Position numbers and translations under genes: made by a program. A stretch of 55,071 nt of DNA. Origin: Candidatus Pacearchaeota archaeon (GTDB lineage: Archaea; Nanobdellota; Nanobdellia; Pacearchaeales; GW2011-AR1). The stretch spans positions 1 to 55,071 of the forward strand of contig JACOWL010000009.1 in assembly GCA_016176815.1 (NCBI GenBank). The letters run 5' to 3'. Every line of letters starts with the position of its first letter. Positions within the stretch are counted from its first letter, which is position 1. Shown piece after piece: positions 23,687-32,285 of the stretch. Below the pieces are notes generated by a model. That model did not search any database. It saw only the letters and a program-made list of their open reading frames with translations, and was not told where the DNA came from.

Positions 23687-24164
23687 AGGTTATCTTGACA
23701 GAGCAGAAAATGAACTTGTTTTAGCTAATGCTAATTTTTCGCTTTCAACAAATGATGAAATAAAAGTTAAATTAGGGATTAGTCCGAATAAAACCTTTTT
23801 TAATAACGTCATATCTGAGAGCTATTATGCAATATTCTATTCTGCAAAAGCATTTCTTTTATCCTTGGGAATCAAAACAAAAACTCCAAAAGAACATAAA
23901 AAAACATATGAAGAGTTTAAGAAAATAATTGAATCTAAAAATTTAGATAAGCAGTTGGCTGAAATTTACGAGGAAGAATCAAGCAAAGCAGAAACTCTTT
24001 TAAAAATATTTTTTGATGAGAAAAGAAACAGGGGAAGATTCACTTACAATATCAATGCAAATGCAAACAAACCATTTGCAGAAACCTCAATAAAAAATGC
24101 AAGATTCTTTACATCTGCAATTAAATATTTGATAGAAAATAAACAAAAACAAAACAAGGATTAG
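23670..24164 (+). CDS. HEPN-domain protein (toxin-like partner of the MNT)
   Basis: Overlaps the MNT gene by 17 nt. 'SESYYAIFYSAKAFLLSLGI' is a HEPN-like helix. I could not see the canonical R-x4-6-H motif. Confidence 0.55.
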   Translation: MDIMVKGYLDRAENELVLANANFSLSTNDEIKVKLGISPNKTFFNNVISESYYAIFYSAKAFLLSLGIKTKTPKEHKKTYEEFKKIIESKNLDKQLAEIYEEESSKAETLLKIFFDEKRNRGRFTYNINANANKPFAETSIKNARFFTSAIKYLIENKQKQNKD

Positions 24165-24191
24165 CCAAAAGATAGAATTTGATTATTCAAG

Positions 24192-24217
24192 AATAACTAT
24201 TTAATCTTTTTTGTTTT
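24192..24217. repeat. Right copy of the direct repeat flanking the HEPN/MNT pair
   Basis: See 22992-23017. Confidence 0.8.
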
Positions 24218-24385
24218 CCATAAACAACAAATAATTTTAAAAGCATTCTTTATTATCTCTTTTAATGGAATCAGAACAGAACACAAATATTCAGAATAAA
24301 AATTGGCATGATAAATATTACAAAATTTTATTAATAATTCCCGCAATTTTAATTCTTTTTAGAGGTTCTTGAATTAAAGCAAGGA

Positions 24386-25060
24386 TTGCAGGATAAATTG
24401 CGGGATGTAAATGTTCGGGAAGTTTATGATTTAATTACTAAAGAACAAAAAGCGGTAATTATTGAAACAACTTCCGGCGCTGATGAAACAAAAAAAGTTT
24501 TAGAAGATTATTTAAAATATGAATTAACCGACGAGAACAGCAGTTTTGAATTTACCGGCTCAAGTTTAAGCCAGGGGTTCTATAAACAATTATTAATTGC
24601 AATTTTAGTCGCGTTTGTTGCTATGGGGCTCGTTATTTTTATAATTTTTAGGACATTTGTGCCGTCTGTTGCTGTAATAGCTGCTGCTTTTGCGGATATT
24701 TTAATGACTTTAGTTGCAGTTAATCTTCTTGGCATTGAAGTTTCAACTGCAGGCATCGTCGCCTTTTTAATGTTAATTGGATATTCGGTAGATACGGATA
24801 TTTTGCTGACATCAAGAGTTTTAAAACGCGAAGGTGATTCACTAAACAAAAAAATTTTTGATTCTTTTAAAACAGGAATGACAATGACTCTCACAGCTTT
24901 ATTCTCGGTGTTAGTGGCGTTGTTTATTGTGAAATCATTTTCAAGCGTCCTTGCCCAAATTTTTACTATCCTGGCAATTGGTTTAACATTTGATATATTT
25001 AACACCTGGGTTACAAATGTTTCAATAATTAAATGGTATATGAAAAGCAAACATGGCTAA
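24386..25060 (+). CDS. secF: Protein-export membrane protein SecF; the N-terminal TM1 is encoded separately at 24265-24372 in another frame
   Basis: 'LLIAILVAFVAMGLVIF', 'GYSVDTDILLTSR'. Removing one T from the T5 run at 24356-24360 joins MESEQ...YYKILLIIPAILIL to LEVLELKQGLQDKL... Confidence 0.8.
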   Translation: MQDKLRDVNVREVYDLITKEQKAVIIETTSGADETKKVLEDYLKYELTDENSSFEFTGSSLSQGFYKQLLIAILVAFVAMGLVIFIIFRTFVPSVAVIAAAFADILMTLVAVNLLGIEVSTAGIVAFLMLIGYSVDTDILLTSRVLKREGDSLNKKIFDSFKTGMTMTLTALFSVLVALFIVKSFSSVLAQIFTILAIGLTFDIFNTWVTNVSIIKWYMKSKHG

Positions 25061-26576
25061 ATTAACTTTCAGAATCTGGGTTTTAATAATTGTTTTAATA
25101 TTATCCTTGATTTCAATTTTTGGATTACCTCCTTCTTTTTTGGAAAAAGGAATTTTAATTACAAGTGTTGAACAAAATTCCAGCGCCTTTGAGCAGGGAT
25201 TAAGACAGGGGCAGATAATAACCGCAATAGACGGCAAATCAGTTGAAACTATTGATGATTTTTCAAAAATTATTCAGGAAAAATATCCTTCTGATTTAGA
25301 TATTAAAACAATTATCCAGACAAAAGATTCTGAAATAATTTTCTTTTCCAAACAAGTTCCGGAAATAACCTTTTCAAATATTCCAAAAACTAAGCTTAAG
25401 GCGGGGTTGGATATTTCCGGAGGAGCAAGAGCATTAGTTCAGGCTAAGGATAAAGAACTTTCAACAGAAGAAGTAAACGACTTGGTCGCGATTACAAAAA
25501 ATCGTTTTGATGTTTATGGAATTTCAGCTATAGAAGTAAGACCCGTTTCAGATTTAGCCGGAAATCATTTTATGCTTATTGAGATTCCGGGCGCGACTCA
25601 AAAAGGCCTAAAACAATTAATTGAACAGCAGGGAAAATTTGAAGCAAAAATTGGAAATGAAACTGTCTTTATCGGCGGAGAAAGAGATGTGGCATCTGTC
25701 TGCAGAAATGATGCAACCTGCGCGGCAATAACTGCCTGCAGCGATGCCAATGGCGGAAGCGTCTGCAATTTTCAATTTTCAGTTTATTTAAGCAATGTTG
25801 CAGCAGAAAAACATGCAGAGATTACAAAAAAATTAGGAATAAATGAATCAGTTCCCGAGTATCTTTCCAAACCTCTTGACCTTTACGTCGACGATAAACT
25901 TGTTGACACACTATTAATCAGCAAAGACCTTCAGGGGCGCGTTACAACGCAAATTTCTATTTCAGGGTCAGGAATTGGAGCGACGCAGGAAGAGGCATAT
26001 GCTGCAGCAGAAGAAAATATGAATAAATTGCAGACCATTTTAATAACTGGAAGCTTGCCATATAAATTAGAAATTGTTAAATTAGATACAATCTCGCCTA
26101 TTTTAGGAAAACAATTTATAAAAATTATTCTGCTGGCGGGATTGGGCGCTTTGCTTGCAGTTGCGATTGTAATTTTTATCAGATATAGAAAATTCAAAGA
26201 ATCAATGGCGCTGTTATTGACGAGCTTTTCAGAGATCATAATTATTTTAGGAATCGCATCAATGATTGATTGGAATTTAGATTTGCTGAGCATTGCAGGA
26301 ATCTTGGCAACAGTCGGAACCGGAATTGACCAGCAAATTATTATTTTAGACGAGTCAAGAATAAAAGTTGTTTTAAGCGTAAAAGAAAAATTAAAGAGGG
26401 CTTTTACAATTATTTTAAGCGCTTATTTTACAGCGCTGGTTTCTTTGCTTCCGCTTTTATGGGCGGGCGCAGGATTGTTAAAAGGTTTCGCAATAACGAC
26501 AATAATCGGAATTACAATTGGAATTTTAATAACAAGGCCGGCTTTTACAGATATTGTCAAAAAGATTGAAGAATAA
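25053..26576 (+). CDS. secD: Protein-export membrane protein SecD with an N-terminal PDZ-like insert
   Basis: 'LDISGGARALV', 'GTGIDQQIIILDE' and C-terminal TM bundle. 'GILITSVEQNSSAFEQGLRQGQIITAIDGKSVETIDDF' is PDZ-like. Confidence 0.8.
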   Translation: MAKLTFRIWVLIIVLILSLISIFGLPPSFLEKGILITSVEQNSSAFEQGLRQGQIITAIDGKSVETIDDFSKIIQEKYPSDLDIKTIIQTKDSEIIFFSKQVPEITFSNIPKTKLKAGLDISGGARALVQAKDKELSTEEVNDLVAITKNRFDVYGISAIEVRPVSDLAGNHFMLIEIPGATQKGLKQLIEQQGKFEAKIGNETVFIGGERDVASVCRNDATCAAITACSDANGGSVCNFQFSVYLSNVAAEKHAEITKKLGINESVPEYLSKPLDLYVDDKLVDTLLISKDLQGRVTTQISISGSGIGATQEEAYAAAEENMNKLQTILITGSLPYKLEIVKLDTISPILGKQFIKIILLAGLGALLAVAIVIFIRYRKFKESMALLLTSFSEIIIILGIASMIDWNLDLLSIAGILATVGTGIDQQIIILDESRIKVVLSVKEKLKRAFTIILSAYFTALVSLLPLLWAGAGLLKGFAITTIIGITIGILITRPAFTDIVKKIEE

Positions 26577-26622
26577 TTTCAATTGCAATAATCTTTAAAA
26601 AAGAATTGTCTATTTCTTTATT

Positions 26623-27465
26623 ATGAAAATAGGTATAATTGGAATGGGTTTTGTTGGAGGAACGACCGCAAAAGTTTTAGAAAAAGTTCATGAAATTTTT
26701 CCTTATGATAAATACAAAAAACCATATACAAATCCTTCAATTTTAAAAAAATCTGAAGCCGTTTTCATTTCTGTCCCAACTCCAATGAAGCCGAGCGGAG
26801 AAATTGATTATTCTTCAATTAATAATTCTTTAGAGACTCTTTTAGAGAATACTTCTGAGCCAAGACCTTTAGTCGTCATAAGATCAACAGCAGTTTCAGG
26901 AACAACAGATAAGTTGGAGAAAAAATATCCATTTAATTTTGTATTCAATCCGGAATTTTTAAGAGAAAAACATGCGTTAGAAGATATGAAAAATACGGAT
27001 AGAATCATCATTGGAGCAAACAGGAAAAAAGACTGCAAAAAAGTAGAAGAAATTTATAGGCCTCTTTTTCCAAAAGCGAAATATATTTTTGTCGATAGAA
27101 AAACTGCAGAAATGATAAAATATGCTTCAAACGTTATGCTTGCCGGGCAAGTTGCTTTAGCGAATGAAATTTATCAGATTTGCAAATCTTCCGGGATAGA
27201 TTACAATAAAATAAAGGAAACTATTTTATTAGATAAGAGAATTGCCAGAAATATTGATGTTCCTGGTCCGGACGGAGAGTTTGGTTTTGGAGGAAAATGT
27301 TTTCCAAAAGATCTTAATGCTCTTATTTATCTGTCAAGAGAAAAAATGTATCGGCCTTATTTACTTGAGGAGATTTGGAGATTGAATGAAAAAATAAGAA
27401 AAAATAAAGACTGGTTGGAAATTCCGGGAGCAACATCAAGGAATAATAATTTTAAGAAGAAATGA
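26623..27465 (+). CDS. UDP-glucose/GDP-mannose dehydrogenase family protein, short form (no C-terminal domain)
   Basis: 'IGIIGMGFVGG', 'NPEFLREK', 'GGKCFPKDL' catalytic-Cys motif. Only 280 aa. Confidence 0.7.
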   Translation: MKIGIIGMGFVGGTTAKVLEKVHEIFPYDKYKKPYTNPSILKKSEAVFISVPTPMKPSGEIDYSSINNSLETLLENTSEPRPLVVIRSTAVSGTTDKLEKKYPFNFVFNPEFLREKHALEDMKNTDRIIIGANRKKDCKKVEEIYRPLFPKAKYIFVDRKTAEMIKYASNVMLAGQVALANEIYQICKSSGIDYNKIKETILLDKRIARNIDVPGPDGEFGFGGKCFPKDLNALIYLSREKMYRPYLLEEIWRLNEKIRKNKDWLEIPGATSRNNNFKKK

Positions 27466-27986
27466 AAATTGGCATAGATATAGATGGAGTAATTAGGAAT
27501 TGGGCCGGTAAACTTTCTGAAATATATTTTAGGGAAAATCCCGTACATAAACAAATTAGAAATGATACTTATGATGTTGGTTGTTGGTTTCCAATAGGAA
27601 AAGAAATTTATAAATTTGGTTTTGAGGTTCATGCAGAAGAAATTTATACTGAAGCGCAAGTATATCCTGAAGCAAAAGAATTTTTAAAAAAATTACATAA
27701 AGATGATGAATTGGTTTTTGTAACCCATCAGCCAAATAAAAATTTAGAATACTTGACAATTAAATGGATAAATAAAAATGAGTTACCTCACGATTGTATT
27801 CTATTCACAAAAGATAAATCAAAATTTAAAGGCGATTATTTACTTGACGACTATACTAAAAATTTACAGAGAATATCTATGGTGAGAAATAGCATTCCAA
27901 TTTGTTTTAACCAGCCTTGGAATCAAGATTGGAATGGTCAAAGAGTAAATTCTTATGATAAATTTTTGGAGATAATAAATAAATAA
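27462..27986 (+). CDS. HAD-type 5'(3')-deoxyribonucleotidase-like phosphatase
   Basis: 'IGIDIDGVI' motif I. Size and 'LLDDY' motif. Confidence 0.5.
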   Translation: MKIGIDIDGVIRNWAGKLSEIYFRENPVHKQIRNDTYDVGCWFPIGKEIYKFGFEVHAEEIYTEAQVYPEAKEFLKKLHKDDELVFVTHQPNKNLEYLTIKWINKNELPHDCILFTKDKSKFKGDYLLDDYTKNLQRISMVRNSIPICFNQPWNQDWNGQRVNSYDKFLEIINK

Positions 27987-27987
27987 A

Positions 27988-28446
27988 ATGCTTCCAAAAT
28001 ATCATCTTGTTTTAGGATTTTTGTTTTCATTAGTTTTATTTATATTTTTTCCTTTTATTAGTCTGTTGGGATTTTTAATAATCTTTGCGTCTTCAGTTTT
28101 AATTGATGTTGACCACTATTTGTATTATGTTTTTAAAAATAAAATTTTCAGCATTAACAAAGCATATAATTCTTTTTTTGAACAGAGAAAAAAATTACTT
28201 GCAAAAAGTTTGGAAGAAAAAAGAACAAAAATTGCAAATCCTTTAATGTACCTTTTTCATGGAATAGAAGTTTTATTAATTATTTTTATTCTTGGAATTT
28301 TCGTAAATAAAATCTTTTTATTTATTTTTATTGGATTTAGTTTTCATTTATTTTTGGATATAGTTGAACAGATTTATTATGGGTTTAGAATTGCTAAAGT
28401 TTCTTTAATTTTTGATTTTGTTAAAAAAATTAATGAAAAATTTTAA
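27988..28446 (+). CDS. Membrane protein, DUF457/YdjM-like putative metal-dependent hydrolase
   Basis: 'KYHLVLGFL' and 'LIDVDHYLY' motifs. 4 hydrophobic segments. Confidence 0.4.
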   Translation: MLPKYHLVLGFLFSLVLFIFFPFISLLGFLIIFASSVLIDVDHYLYYVFKNKIFSINKAYNSFFEQRKKLLAKSLEEKRTKIANPLMYLFHGIEVLLIIFILGIFVNKIFLFIFIGFSFHLFLDIVEQIYYGFRIAKVSLIFDFVKKINEKF

Positions 28447-28494
28447 TTTTTCTTTAGTGTATGATTTTATAAAGTTAAGAACTTAATTCTTTTT

Positions 28495-29838
28495 ATGTTA
28501 AAAAAAGGAAGAGTGTTTATTAAAGAAGAAGAAAAAGACATAAAAAATATTTATAGAAGATTTTGGAAAAGAGATTTTTCCGGAAATACTGGTCAGGCAA
28601 TTAAAAATAGTACATATAGTTTTTCAACAACTCTTGTTCAAAAAATAGGCGCAATAATATTTACAATAATAATTGCGAGATTATTAATGCCGGAACTTTT
28701 TGGATTATACTCTCTTGCTCTTACAACCATAGGGATTTTTGCAGTTATTTCGGATTTGGGAATTAGTTCAACTTTAATTAGATTTCTTTCAAAAGAACTT
28801 GCTAAAAAGAAACCAAATACTCGAGGTTATTACAATTATTTATTAAAGATAAAATTTCTCTTAACTTTATTTGCTTCTTTAATTTTAATTTTATCATCCT
28901 ATTGGATAGCAAATCTCTATTATAATAAGCCAATTTTTTATGCTCTTTTAGCTGGAGGGCTATATCTTTTCATAACGAGTTTTTTGGGTTTTTTTGGATC
29001 AATTTACCAATCATTTAATAATTTTAAAAAATCTTTAGTAATGGAATCTATTTTTCAAGTATCAAGATTAATCATTATTCCTTTAATTATAGTTTTTTCT
29101 TTAAAATTTTCTGATAATATATTATTGTTAAATATTATTTTAGGACTTTCTTTTTGTTATTTGATTGCTTTAATCTTTTTATTTATTAAAAAGCCAATTT
29201 TATTGGGAAAAGAATTAGATAAAAAACAAAAAAAACAAATAAATAAATTTATATTGCCTTTAACTGCAACTGCTATTTCTGGAGCTTTTTTTATAAGTAT
29301 TGATAAAATTATACTTGGTCATTTTGTTAGCGCAGAATTTATCGGTTATTATGCTGCCGCTTTTTCTTTAATAGGGGCCGTAATGGGTTTTTTAAGTTTT
29401 TCAGGAGCTTTATTTCCTATTTTTTCTAGATTAAGGGGGAAAAAATTAGAAAGAGGTTTTAGAAAATCTATTCAAATGATTTTACCGGCTTCTTTTATTA
29501 TAATTTTAATAACTCTTATTTTTTCGCCGTTAATAATTAAAATTATTTATGGCGCGCAGTATTCTTTATCTATTAATCTTTTAAGAGTATTATCTATATT
29601 GATAATTTCGGAACCTATAGCCGCAGTTTATTCAAATTATTATATTTCAATAGGAAAAACTGGAAAAATGGTAAAATTATTAATTTCAACAGCTATATTG
29701 AATATAATCTTAAATTATATTTTAATTGTTGCATTGTTGCCAATGGGAAATTTAGCTGCAGTTTTTGGAGCAATTATTGCAACATTAATTAGCAGATATC
29801 TTTTTTTATTTGGACTTATTATTTTTAGAAGAAAATAA
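28495..29838 (+). CDS. Polysaccharide flippase (Wzx/MOP superfamily)
   Basis: 447 aa, about 12 hydrophobic segments, glycan-cluster context. Confidence 0.65.
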   Translation: MLKKGRVFIKEEEKDIKNIYRRFWKRDFSGNTGQAIKNSTYSFSTTLVQKIGAIIFTIIIARLLMPELFGLYSLALTTIGIFAVISDLGISSTLIRFLSKELAKKKPNTRGYYNYLLKIKFLLTLFASLILILSSYWIANLYYNKPIFYALLAGGLYLFITSFLGFFGSIYQSFNNFKKSLVMESIFQVSRLIIIPLIIVFSLKFSDNILLLNIILGLSFCYLIALIFLFIKKPILLGKELDKKQKKQINKFILPLTATAISGAFFISIDKIILGHFVSAEFIGYYAAAFSLIGAVMGFLSFSGALFPIFSRLRGKKLERGFRKSIQMILPASFIIILITLIFSPLIIKIIYGAQYSLSINLLRVLSILIISEPIAAVYSNYYISIGKTGKMVKLLISTAILNIILNYILIVALLPMGNLAAVFGAIIATLISRYLFLFGLIIFRRK

Positions 29839-29839
29839 T

Positions 29840-30364
29840 TTATTCGCAATCATATAATTCTCTTTTTTCTATGATTAAAACAGGATTTTCAAATTTTTTT
29901 ACTTCATTATAACATTCTAAAATTTGTTTTGAATTTAATGGCTCATAAACTGGAAAACTAACAATTTTTTTGAAGATTTCTGTATAATTTTGAGTGTGTT
30001 GTACTCCTGGCATTAATGGTTTTTTTGAACCAATGGTAGCCCTAATAATTACAGGAGTTTTAAATTGTCCATAAGACATTTTTTCAATTTTGTCTAAATG
30101 ATTAACAATAGCATCTAAGCTATTAAGCATAAAATCATGTCTTTCAAAGAAAACTAGGGGTTTATATCCTTCTAAGGAAATTCCAATTGCTAAACCAATC
30201 ATTAAATTTTCTGCTACGGGAGTCTCAATGCATTTCTCTTTCGGGATATCGCTTAAAGTGCCATAAGCTCTTGAGCCATAATTTATATTATACCCTAAAA
30301 ATCTTACTTTGTCCAACTTTGCAAGTTCTTCCATAGATTTTTTTATCGCATCTTTGTATTTCAT
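29840..30364 (-). CDS. E1-beta-like TPP enzyme subunit, Pyr domain only (174 aa)
   Basis: 'AIKKSMEELAKLDKVRFLGYN...CIETPVAENLMIGLAIGISLEGYKPL' follows the E1-beta N-terminal pattern. The C-terminal domain is absent. Confidence 0.65.
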   Translation of the reverse strand: MKYKDAIKKSMEELAKLDKVRFLGYNINYGSRAYGTLSDIPKEKCIETPVAENLMIGLAIGISLEGYKPLVFFERHDFMLNSLDAIVNHLDKIEKMSYGQFKTPVIIRATIGSKKPLMPGVQHTQNYTEIFKKIVSFPVYEPLNSKQILECYNEVKKFENPVLIIEKRELYDCE

Positions 30365-30388
30365 GGTGTTAATTATTTATTTTTAATT

Positions 30389-31012
30389 TTAAAATGAATT
30401 TTTAATTTCAGTTCCCGAAAAATTTACAAATTTTTCTGTTCCTACATGCAGGGAAGTTGATTTATACGAATATCTCTTAACGCATTTCGGCCATTCCATT
30501 TTTGATTTTCCATATCTATCTGATTTTGGAGTTTCAACAGATCTATCATTATCTTCAACTATAAATGTACAAGGCAAATCCCATCCATCAACATACCTCA
30601 CAGCTTCGTAAAAATGTCCCTCGTCTTCCACACCATCTCCTCCAAAACACCAAACTTTTCTTTTACTGCCTTGATTTTTTAAAGCATATGCAGTTCCTGC
30701 AGCAATGCAAGACACTCCAGCAACAATAGCCGAAGTAAAAAAATTAATTTCTTTGTCAAAAACATACATGCTATCCCCCCTCAAAATCATTTTTTCAAGT
30801 TTTTCAGGAGAGCCGCCTTTAAGCAAATAATGATAATGAGAACGGTGATTTGAAAAAACATAGTCTTCAGGATTAATCTTTTTAAAAATTTCAATTAAAG
30901 GCTCTTCATTTCCACCCGAAAAATGTACGGGATATGGAATTTTTGCGTCTTCCCATAATCTTTTTATTTTATTTTCAAATTCAATTAATTTTTCTTTTGT
31001 TATTTTTTCCAT
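30389..31012 (-). CDS. E1-alpha-like TPP-binding subunit, short (207 aa)
   Basis: 'HRSHYHYLLKGG' and 'GGDGVEDEGHFYEAVRYVDGWDLPCTFIVEDNDRS' is the GDG...NN TPP motif. Confidence 0.65.
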   Translation of the reverse strand: MEKITKEKLIEFENKIKRLWEDAKIPYPVHFSGGNEEPLIEIFKKINPEDYVFSNHRSHYHYLLKGGSPEKLEKMILRGDSMYVFDKEINFFTSAIVAGVSCIAAGTAYALKNQGSKRKVWCFGGDGVEDEGHFYEAVRYVDGWDLPCTFIVEDNDRSVETPKSDRYGKSKMEWPKCVKRYSYKSTSLHVGTEKFVNFSGTEIKNSF

Positions 31013-31137
31013 TTTATCTTATTTTAAGTACAAGTTTTTAAAGATTTAGCTTTTATAATCTTTATTTTCTCGGATGCATCCCCTAAATCTTTCTAAATCA
31101 TTTTTACAAAATTTCAGTATACTCGAACATATATTTT

Positions 31138-31193
31138 AAATTATCACAAGAAGATTTTTAAATCTCTTAATTTTTGTCGGTGATACAATGAAA
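31138..31193 (+). promoter_or_regulatory. 56-nt promoter/leader box, copy 1 (53/56 identical to 40530-40585), runs into the ATG
   Basis: AAATTATCACAAGAAGATTTTTAAATCTCTTAATTTTTGTCGGTGATACAATGAAA. Contains the TATA-like TTTTTAAAT about 30 nt before the ATG. Confidence 0.65.
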
Positions 31194-32285
31194 GTAAAAT
31201 TTTCATATTTAGAAGAACAATTCAAGAATCCTGAACCAATTTTTAAAGATATAAAAAAGTTAGTGAAGAGTGGCGATTTTACTCTTGGGAAAGAGGTTTT
31301 TGAATTTGAAAAACAATTTGCAAAACTTTGTCAAACCAAATATGCGGTAGGAGTAGGCACAGGAACAGATGCGATTAGATTAAGTCTTATTGCTTTGAAT
31401 GTTGGATCAGGCGATGAGGTTATAACTGTTCCAAATACTTTTTATTCTACGGTTGAAGCAATTGTGACTGCTGGAGCAAAGCCAGTTTTTGTTGACGCTG
31501 ATGATGACTATAATATAAATCCTAATTTAATTGAAAAGGCAATAACAAAAAAAACAAAAGCAATTTTGCCGGTTCATCTTTATGGTTGTCCAGCTAAAAT
31601 ACCTGAAATTATAAAAATTGCTAACAAACATAATCTTTTAATTATTGAAGATGCTTGTCAGGCGATAAATTCTGCAATAAATAAAAAGAAAGCTGGCTCT
31701 TTTGGAATTACAGGATGTTTTTCACTGCATCCATTAAAGGGAATTAATGTTTGGGGGGATGGCGGAATTATTACAACAAATTCCCAAGAAGTCAGAGACA
31801 AACTTTACATGCTAAGAAATAATGGGCTCAAAAACAGGGACGAATGCGCAATATACTCTTATAATTGCAGGCTCGATACTCTGCAGGCAATTGTTGCTTT
31901 ACATGTAATAAAAGATATTGACTGGATAACAAACAAAAGAATTGAAAATGCAAAATTTTACGACGAAGAACTTTCAAAATTTTCTCAAATACTAATTCCA
32001 GAAAGAGCAAGAAATGTAAAACAAGTTTATCATACTTATGTTGTAAAAGCGGAAAACAGAGACGAACTTTATAATTTTTTATTGAAAAGCGAAATTGAAG
32101 CAAAAATTCATTATCCTGTTCCATTGCACTTGCAAGAAGCAAGCAAATATCTTAATTATAAAAAAGGAGATTTTCCAAAAACTGAAGAGCAGGTAAAATC
32201 GATAATAACGCTTCCAGCCCATCAGCATTTAAAAAAAGGACAGCTGGAATATGTTGTCAAAAAAATAAAGGAATTCTACAAATGA
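31188..32285 (+). CDS. DegT/DnrJ/EryC1/StrS-family sugar aminotransferase
   Basis: 'GTGTDAI', 'DEVITVPNTF', 'FSLHPLKGIN' PLP-lysine region. Confidence 0.85.
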   Translation: MKVKFSYLEEQFKNPEPIFKDIKKLVKSGDFTLGKEVFEFEKQFAKLCQTKYAVGVGTGTDAIRLSLIALNVGSGDEVITVPNTFYSTVEAIVTAGAKPVFVDADDDYNINPNLIEKAITKKTKAILPVHLYGCPAKIPEIIKIANKHNLLIIEDACQAINSAINKKKAGSFGITGCFSLHPLKGINVWGDGGIITTNSQEVRDKLYMLRNNGLKNRDECAIYSYNCRLDTLQAIVALHVIKDIDWITNKRIENAKFYDEELSKFSQILIPERARNVKQVYHTYVVKAENRDELYNFLLKSEIEAKIHYPVPLHLQEASKYLNYKKGDFPKTEEQVKSIITLPAHQHLKKGQLEYVVKKIKEFYK

